Origin: Candidatus Uhrbacteria bacterium
GTDB taxonomy: Bacteria; Patescibacteriota; Patescibacteriia; UBA9934; GWF2-40-263
Direction: 5' to 3'
NCBI GenBank assembly: GCA_016844925.1
Contig: JAERTI010000020.1
Location: 97 to 64,096, forward strand
Length of the DNA: 64,000 nt
Part shown: positions 58,064 through 64,000 of the stretch, piece after piece
Numbering within the stretch: position 1 is the stretch's first letter
Layout of the letters: the number at the start of each line of letters is the position of its first letter
The notes under the pieces: generated by a model
What the model was told of the DNA's origin: nothing
What the model saw: the letters and a program-made list of their open reading frames with translations, nothing else
The model's database searches: none
Program-made: the position numbers and the translations under genes

Positions 58064-58474
58064 TTACTCTGGTTGAAGGACGATCAAGTCGTCTCCTTGT
58101 ACCACCATCTTCCCCCAGTAGACCGACGGTTCGTAGTCCCAGGGGTGGGCGAGCAGCTCGGTGGCAAGAGAGGTGAGCACATGGTCGACTCGCGTACTAT
58201 CCTGCCATGGCGCCCACACAAGGAGGAACTGATCTTTCAGCGCTGGGCTGAGACGTCCGTTCTTGATCAGGGTTCGAGGGTAGTTGTCCTCGATCATGCT
58301 GGTGCATGCACAGGCGCTCATGACCCTGAGCGTCACACCGTCTCGTGGGTCAATCGCGGACTTGATGCGCTCAATGAGACCAACGTCCTGCATGCCAATG
58401 TGGTGCGTCGATTCCTTCGCGATGAGTCGCGAGAGCCTCAGGCTTACCCTAAAGCTGAAGAGGTTTCTTCTCAC
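58064..58474 (-). CDS. Hypothetical protein
   Basis: GTG start with SD AGGAG; TTGACA upstream; terminator downstream. Confidence 0.55.
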   Translation of the reverse strand: MRRNLFSFRVSLRLSRLIAKESTHHIGMQDVGLIERIKSAIDPRDGVTLRVMSACACTSMIEDNYPRTLIKNGRLSPALKDQFLLVWAPWQDSTRVDHVLTSLATELLAHPWDYEPSVYWGKMVVQGDDLIVLQPE

Positions 58475-58565
58475 TAGTGCTCCTGTTGGGCCTATGAATA
58501 GTTGGTCATGTGGCGGATCTTGTCAATCGGGGTGAAATGCGTTATATTCTTCCTGCCGAAATGGC

Positions 58566-58642
58566 GGCTGGGTAGCTCAGTTGGTTAGAGCGTGGGACTC
58601 ATAAGCCCGAGGTCGAGGGTTCAAATCCCTCCCCAGCTACCA
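58566..58642 (+). tRNA. tRNA with CAT anticodon, probably elongator Met
   Basis: Cloverleaf, GGCT acceptor start, CCA; Ile2 not fully excluded. Confidence 0.88.
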
Positions 58643-58675
58643 GAAAAACCTTCAGGCAACTGGAGGTTTTTCTTT

Positions 58676-58762
58676 GCCGGGATGGCGGAATTGGTAGACG
58701 CGTAGGTCTCAAACACCTATATGGGCAACCATGTGCGGGTTCGATCCCCGCTCCCGGCACCA
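58676..58762 (+). tRNA. tRNA-Leu (CAA)
   Basis: Long variable arm, TAGGT-CTCAAAC-ACCTA anticodon arm, CCA. Confidence 0.95.
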
Positions 58763-58819
58763 TCGAAAAAAGCTCCAGTATTATCTGGGGCTTTTTTCGT
58801 GGGCTGATAAGTGACAGGG

Positions 58820-59182
58820 CTATTGCGCAGAGTGTTCTGTAATCAACCTGATCAGCGCTTTGTCGTCTGCGTAACGAATGATGTCATCACAGATTGTTTT
58901 TAGAGAACTTGATGGGTTTGTGCCATCTTTGTAAACACAGACTATTTTTACACCACTTGAGTGTGCCCAACCGAGCTCAATACCCAAGCCTGTCGAAGGG
59001 TATGACACTTCTGCGATCATGAGGTCGAACATCGCCATCCGCTCTCTTGTGTTCGCAGGTTCTTCTGATTCTCTGTGAGGGAAAACAATCTCATGAGTTT
59101 GCCCTAGTTCCGAGTTGAGGATGGGCTTGTAGAGCTCCTCTTTGTAGTCAAAGTTTGACGAGTGGCCTATATAGATCTTCAT
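58820..59182 (-). CDS. Nucleoside 2-deoxyribosyltransferase/Rcl-like protein
   Basis: MKIYIGHS, D..IAEVS.PSTG.G.ELGWA. Confidence 0.8.
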   Translation of the reverse strand: MKIYIGHSSNFDYKEELYKPILNSELGQTHEIVFPHRESEEPANTRERMAMFDLMIAEVSYPSTGLGIELGWAHSSGVKIVCVYKDGTNPSSSLKTICDDIIRYADDKALIRLITEHSAQ

Positions 59183-59282
59183 ACAGGGGAAGTATACCAG
59201 TTGAGAGCATGTTGCTGGGTAGACAATAACGAGCAATGGACTGCTGTTTTTTCTCTTTATCTTGTATAATGCTCACACTCTT

Positions 59283-60056
59283 ATGGCACACATCATTTCT
59301 GTAGTGAATCAAAAAGGGGGCGTGGGGAAAACAACAACGACTTTGAATTTGGCAGCGTATCTGGCAGATGCAGGGAAGTTCGTCCTCTTGGTTGATCTTG
59401 ATCCACAGGCGAACGCAACTTCTGGTCTTGGGATAGATCATAAGAATCTTCCAGCAGGGGCCTATGAGGGTCTGATCGGAAGTCATAGTGTCCGTAATCT
59501 TATTCATGGTACAGATCATGCAGGGCTGAAGGTGCTGCCTGCGACACAGGCTCTTGCGGGAGCCAGTGTTGAGCTTGTGAGCGCTGAGGAGCGTGAACAC
59601 TTTTTGCGCAAGGCACTTCTTGAGGTGCGTAACGATTACGACTACATCTTCATCGACAACCCACCGTCTTTAGGCATGCTGACGCTTAATGGTCTTACGG
59701 CAGCAGATTCTGTCTTGATTCCTGTGCAGGCTGAGTATTATGCCCTTGAGGGTCTCACACAGCTTTTGAATACCGTGAATCTCGTAAAAGAGAACATTAA
59801 ACCGTCACTGGAGATGATGGGAGCGGTGATCACGATGTACGACGGACGTACGCGTCTATCAAAGGAGGTGCTCGAGGAGTTGTATCGTTATTTTCCAGAC
59901 AAGATTTTCCGCTCCGTTATTCCGCGCTCAGTTCGGTTGGCTGAGGCGCCGTCATTTGGAAAAACCATTCTTGGATACGACCCATCGTCAAAGGCTGCCA
60001 GAGCGTATGAGCGTCTGGCACGAGAGTTTATTCTACGTGAAGAAGGAAGAGTTTAA
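59283..60056 (+). CDS. parA: ParA/Soj ATPase
   Basis: NQKGGVGKTTT, DLDPQAN, D.PPSLG, EAPS.G. Confidence 0.96.
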   Translation: MAHIISVVNQKGGVGKTTTTLNLAAYLADAGKFVLLVDLDPQANATSGLGIDHKNLPAGAYEGLIGSHSVRNLIHGTDHAGLKVLPATQALAGASVELVSAEEREHFLRKALLEVRNDYDYIFIDNPPSLGMLTLNGLTAADSVLIPVQAEYYALEGLTQLLNTVNLVKENIKPSLEMMGAVITMYDGRTRLSKEVLEELYRYFPDKIFRSVIPRSVRLAEAPSFGKTILGYDPSSKAARAYERLAREFILREEGRV

Positions 60057-60058
60057 CT

Positions 60059-60913
60059 ATGAGCACAAAGTCAGCCCTGGGGCGGGGGCTTGGTTCCTTG
60101 ATCCCACAAAAACAAACATTAACAGAGCAGGTTATTCCATCTGCGGCTACGACGGTTCTTGAAGTTGATCCAAACGAGATTAAAGTAAACCCTCGTCAGC
60201 CTCGTGCGCATTTTTCTGCAAGCGATTTGGAAGATTTGATTGGTTCTATTAAAGAACACGGCATCTTGCAGCCATTGGTTGTCACCAAGAGCAATGGGGA
60301 GTATGAACTCATCGCAGGTGAGCGTCGTCTGCGCGCATCACGCACGCTTGGTCTGGCGAAGGTACCGGTGATCGTACGGGAAGCAGATGATCAGACAAAG
60401 CTTGAGCTGGCGCTCATCGAGAATATTCAACGGCAGGATCTCAATGCGGTTGAAGAGGCGATTGCCTACAAGGCTCTCGTCGACGAGTTTAACCTCACGC
60501 AGGAACAGGCGGCCAAGCGAGTGGGGAAGAGTCGGTCAGCCGTTGCGAACATCATTCGGTTGCTCGATCTTTCAGATGAATATCTTGAGGCTCTTAAGGA
60601 AGGGAAGATTAGCAAGACGCACGCACGCACGCTTCTAGCAGAATCAGATGAGGCAAAGCGTCGTGACTTGTTTCAAGCCATGCTCAGTGGCATGACGGTT
60701 CGTGAGGCAGAAGCTCGCGCATCGAACACCGGAACAAAGAAAGCACATGGCACTTCTCGGAAAGATCCAAACATCCTTGCTCACGAGAAAAAACTTCGAG
60801 AAATTCTTGGAACAAAAGTTGACATCAAGGAGCGATCGGGGAAGGGGAACATCACCATCAGTTTTTACTCCCGAGAGGAGTTGATGGAATTACTGGATCG
60901 ACTCATTGGATAA
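60059..60913 (+). CDS. parB: ParB/Spo0J partition protein
   Basis: LGRGL, NP.QPR, AGERR.RA, ENIQR. Confidence 0.96.
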   Translation: MSTKSALGRGLGSLIPQKQTLTEQVIPSAATTVLEVDPNEIKVNPRQPRAHFSASDLEDLIGSIKEHGILQPLVVTKSNGEYELIAGERRLRASRTLGLAKVPVIVREADDQTKLELALIENIQRQDLNAVEEAIAYKALVDEFNLTQEQAAKRVGKSRSAVANIIRLLDLSDEYLEALKEGKISKTHARTLLAESDEAKRRDLFQAMLSGMTVREAEARASNTGTKKAHGTSRKDPNILAHEKKLREILGTKVDIKERSGKGNITISFYSREELMELLDRLIG

Positions 60914-60948
60914 CAAAAAACGCTCCATGAACATGGAGCGTTTTTTGT

Positions 60949-62460
60949 TTAGTGATGTTTCTTTGCGCGTTCACGTCCTTTAAGTACTTCAGAGAACCAT
61001 CCCTTTACCGTGTGTCTTGTGGCGTCCTTGATCTTGTTGCGTGCATGGCGAGTTTTTACAAACTTGAGCCAGTCAGGGTTTGGGCCGCGGCGATTTTTGT
61101 CGGTAAGAATCTCGACGATGTCGCCTGAGGTAAGCGACGTGTCCAGGTTTCGCATCACCTCGTTAATGCGGGCCGCTGTGCATTTGTTCCCCACCTCAGA
61201 ATGAATAGCGTAGGCGAAATCAATGGGAGTGGCTCCTTCGGGGAGATCGATCACGTCGCCCTGTGGCGTGAAGACGAAAATGCGGTCCTTAAACACATCA
61301 ATCTTCATGATCTCCAACTGCTCCATGAAGTCTTTCTTGTTCTGAAGTTCTTTCTGGATCTGCGCCAGCTCCTCCATCCATCGCGTGTTTTTTACGGGCT
61401 TATGAGAGCCTTCTTTGTATCGCCAGTGAGCGGCCACACCGTACTCAGCAAGTTCGTGCATTTCTGTGGTTCGGATCTGGAACTCGACAATCTCTCCATT
61501 TTCCGTGAAGACGGTGGTGTGGAGGGATTGATAGCCGTTTGGTTTTGGCTGAGCGATGTAGTCCTTAATACGTCCTGGCACAGGTCGCCATTGCTGGTGA
61601 AGGAGGCCCAGGGCCATGTAGCACTCCTCTACATCGCTCACGATAATGCGAATAGCAATGAGGTCGTAGATTTTGCTCAGGTCACCTTGGTACTTGTTGA
61701 GCTTTTTGTGGAGTGAGTACAGACGTTTTACACGACCGTGCACTTGGAAATCGTTGACGTTTGTTTGTGCCAAAAACTTTTCGATCTGATCGATGATGCG
61801 ACTGACATACGCTCCCTTCTCACGGACCTTGATGTCCATGATATTTTTCATCCGTTCGTATTCTTTGGGGTGAAGGTAGGCAAAGGAACCATCTTCTAGT
61901 TCTCCTTTAAACTCACTCATGCCCAAGCGCCCTGCAATAGGGGCGTAGATCTCCAGACTCTCACGTGCAATACGTTCCTGCTTCTTCTTTGGCATGCCGT
62001 AGAGTGTTGAAAGGTTGTGGAGTCGGTCAGCGAATTTCATGAACACCACGCGGACATCGCTGGCCATAGCTAGGAACATCTTACGCATGTTCTCGGCGTA
62101 GCGGTCTACGCCGCGGTACTTGATGGTGTGTTTGAGCTTGGTGACACTCTCTACCAGTGAGGCGATATCGCTTCCAAAATGTTCCTCAACGGTTTCCACG
62201 CTAATCTCTGTGTCTTCTACAACGTCGTGGAGAAGTCCAGCGACAACCACGTTCATGTGTAGACCCATGTCTGCCAAACGATAGGCAACAGCGAGTGGGT
62301 GGGTGATGAAGTCGTGTCCCGTTAGTCGTTTCTCTCCTGCGTGCGCCTTGGACGCCATATCATAAGCACGCCGGAGTGTATCGACGTCCGGTACGCTATA
62401 GGTTTCTTGCACGAGTCGTTCAAGCTCGTCGTAGGTTCGAACAATTTCTGTCATCTTCAT
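60949..62460 (-). CDS. Rel/SpoT homologue (HD + SYNTH + TGS, no ACT)
   Basis: HP..VA, LLHDVVED, ADRLHN, RVK..YS, KPNGYQSLHT, EFQIRT, TP.DFAY.IH. Confidence 0.93.
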   Translation of the reverse strand: MKMTEIVRTYDELERLVQETYSVPDVDTLRRAYDMASKAHAGEKRLTGHDFITHPLAVAYRLADMGLHMNVVVAGLLHDVVEDTEISVETVEEHFGSDIASLVESVTKLKHTIKYRGVDRYAENMRKMFLAMASDVRVVFMKFADRLHNLSTLYGMPKKKQERIARESLEIYAPIAGRLGMSEFKGELEDGSFAYLHPKEYERMKNIMDIKVREKGAYVSRIIDQIEKFLAQTNVNDFQVHGRVKRLYSLHKKLNKYQGDLSKIYDLIAIRIIVSDVEECYMALGLLHQQWRPVPGRIKDYIAQPKPNGYQSLHTTVFTENGEIVEFQIRTTEMHELAEYGVAAHWRYKEGSHKPVKNTRWMEELAQIQKELQNKKDFMEQLEIMKIDVFKDRIFVFTPQGDVIDLPEGATPIDFAYAIHSEVGNKCTAARINEVMRNLDTSLTSGDIVEILTDKNRRGPNPDWLKFVKTRHARNKIKDATRHTVKGWFSEVLKGRERAKKHH

Positions 62461-62554
62461 TAACGATACTGTGGAAGAGGGGGTCTGTAAAGGGAGCTTA
62501 CCATTGACTTTTATCGATTTTTGTGCTATTTTTAGACCAATTAAGCCTCTACAT

Positions 62555-63478
62555 ATGAGTGAGACAGAACCAAAACCAGAAGCAACAGTGTTTAAAGTAC
62601 GCACACGAAAAAGCCGAGAAAGAACACCTGTTGTCAGTGATACGGATGCAGAGCCAAAGAAAAAACCCATAAGTAAAATACCAAAAAGAAGGAGACGGCC
62701 AGATAGTGCACCGTCTGTGGACGCTGCACGTGCACGCGCAGCTGCCGCCGCTGATGCCGGTCCGAAGCAGCCAGACACAGAGCCAAAGCCACCGGTCGAT
62801 CCTGATACCAAATCGAAAGGACCTGACACACCTCCGCCATCTCCAGATACGGCGCCCGCTGCTCCAGATACAGACCCTGACGGGCCAGATGCTGGCGACC
62901 CCAAAGATCCACTTGAACCAATAGAAAAACTTGATCCTGAAAAATCAGGTTTTGAAAAGATGGGAGAGCTAGGAAAAGTTGGTTGGGATAAGACCAAGGG
63001 GACACGTGAGGCAGGATGGTTTCTCGCGGGTATCACGGCGCTAGGGATTTGGAAGCCGGCGAAGTTTGTGGGACGTACATCCATGCGTGCACTTGACCGT
63101 ACGGGTTCCATGTTGGATTCGTTGGGAGAAGGGCTTATGCGTCTGAGTAAATGGATTAATGGAGGCAAGCCTGTGCCCGGGACGAAGCGGGTGGAGAGCA
63201 TGATTGATTGGTTGAAAGAAAAGACAGGATTCAAGAAGCGTCTTTACGAGAGGTTGAAGGAAGATAAGGAGGCGCGGAAGGAACTAGCCAAGAAGTTGCA
63301 CGATCAAATGATTAAAGATGAAAAGAAATGGGAAAAGGCACAGAAGGCCAAAGCCAAGAAGTCTGCCCGCGAGAAGAAGTTGAAGAAAAGGTTTGGTGAT
63401 GGTGCAGGTGCGTTGTTGTTTGATGAAATCACTGCGATTGAAAAAGATGCTGCAGATTCTGCAAAAGCTGCAGCATAG
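62555..63478 (+). CDS. Hypothetical protein with Pro/Asp/Thr repeats and Lys-rich C-terminus
   Basis: CATATG start, PDT repeats, terminator at 63479-63506. Confidence 0.7.
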   Translation: MSETEPKPEATVFKVRTRKSRERTPVVSDTDAEPKKKPISKIPKRRRRPDSAPSVDAARARAAAAADAGPKQPDTEPKPPVDPDTKSKGPDTPPPSPDTAPAAPDTDPDGPDAGDPKDPLEPIEKLDPEKSGFEKMGELGKVGWDKTKGTREAGWFLAGITALGIWKPAKFVGRTSMRALDRTGSMLDSLGEGLMRLSKWINGGKPVPGTKRVESMIDWLKEKTGFKKRLYERLKEDKEARKELAKKLHDQMIKDEKKWEKAQKAKAKKSAREKKLKKRFGDGAGALLFDEITAIEKDAADSAKAAA

Positions 63479-63625
63479 AAAAAACCGGGCTGAGCCCGGT
63501 TTTTTCATGGCTTGATCCTGTTTGATATTATGAGTTACACACAACCTTACCCAAAAATCTTCACAGAATGATATAATAAGATCGTTATTTTACTCATAAA
63601 ATTTTTAACCAAGCTCATTACGCCT

Positions 63626-64000
63626 ATGTCTTCAAAAGATACCAGTTCCTTGCACTGGATTCTCGGAGCCGCTTTGCTCCTCATTGGGCTGTTCGTTGTC
63701 GTCGCACTCGTGAGTGTAAACTCACAGGCTGACACCGTGAACACCCAGACTGACGTTACAAACCATTCACCAACTGTGGAGGATGTGTTCATTAACGATG
63801 CTGCATTCACCTTCTCAGATTCGTATGGTGGAGGGACCATTAACACGCTTGTTGCTGGTGGTCAGAAGACGGTCTACCTCAATGGAAACGTCAAAGATCA
63901 GAATGGACGTGGGGATATCAATAAAGTTTCAGGTGAGTTCTACAAGACTACGGCGGGCTCTGGTTGCCCTTTGGATTCAAATGATTGTTACAGGGTTGAT
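63626..64000 (+). CDS. Secreted/surface protein, N-terminal part (runs off the window edge)
   Basis: MSSKDTSSLHWILGAALLLIGLFVVVALVSVNSQA signal/TM followed by beta-rich sequence. Confidence 0.7.
   Translation, partial: MSSKDTSSLHWILGAALLLIGLFVVVALVSVNSQADTVNTQTDVTNHSPTVEDVFINDAAFTFSDSYGGGTINTLVAGGQKTVYLNGNVKDQNGRGDINKVSGEFYKTTAGSGCPLDSNDCYRVD

Noticed and set aside
59283-60946. parS site near parAB
   Set aside because: No TGTTTCACGTGAAACA-like palindrome seen; the palindrome at 60915-60946 is a bidirectional terminator
62461-63234. Apparent 257-aa N-terminal extension making a 761-aa Rel fusion
   Set aside because: It is the Gly/Ser-rich antisense shadow of the Pro-rich gene at 62555-63478; the Rel homology starts at MKMTEIV (62460)
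1-64000. Alternative genetic code (TGA=Gly as in Gracilibacteria/Absconditabacteria)
   Set aside because: Conserved genes are full length under the standard code and TGA terminates several ORFs at expected positions

Overview
This looks like chromosomal DNA from a Candidate Phyla Radiation (Patescibacteria/Parcubacteria-like) bacterium. The assignment is inferred from the absence of rpmD between rpsE and rplO, a short GAD-less AspRS, and SD-less 'TATG' starts; TGA is used as a stop, so the code is standard. The core content is murA, the str and S10-spc ribosomal protein clusters (rpsL to secY, adk, map), recO-asnS-aspS-scpA-scpB, parA-parB, a short Rel enzyme and three tRNAs. Interspersed are about 15 visibly GC-richer single-gene 'cassettes', each with its own promoter, strong SD and terminator. 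Most notable observations: (1) a tandem array of four highly diverged ~470-515 aa paralogues (6610-12947, minus strand) sharing a TGxKR(H/R)H motif and a winged-helix-like C-terminus. Their promoters and leaders alternate A-B-A-B, one probably starts with CTG, and two alpha/beta hydrolases flank the array. (2) An unannotated leader-peptide attenuator (D-N-N-D-D codons with complete 1:2, 2:3 and 3:4 helices) upstream of aspS. (3) Structured RNA candidates between rpsJ and rplC, between rpsL and rpsG, and as a stand-alone unit at 22225-22390. (4) Two NrtR operator boxes next to nrtR and a nicotinamidase-like gene. (5) A MazG / DUF1846 / TMK-like / Nudix / MazG nucleotide cluster. All product calls come from motif recognition by eye; no database search was run.
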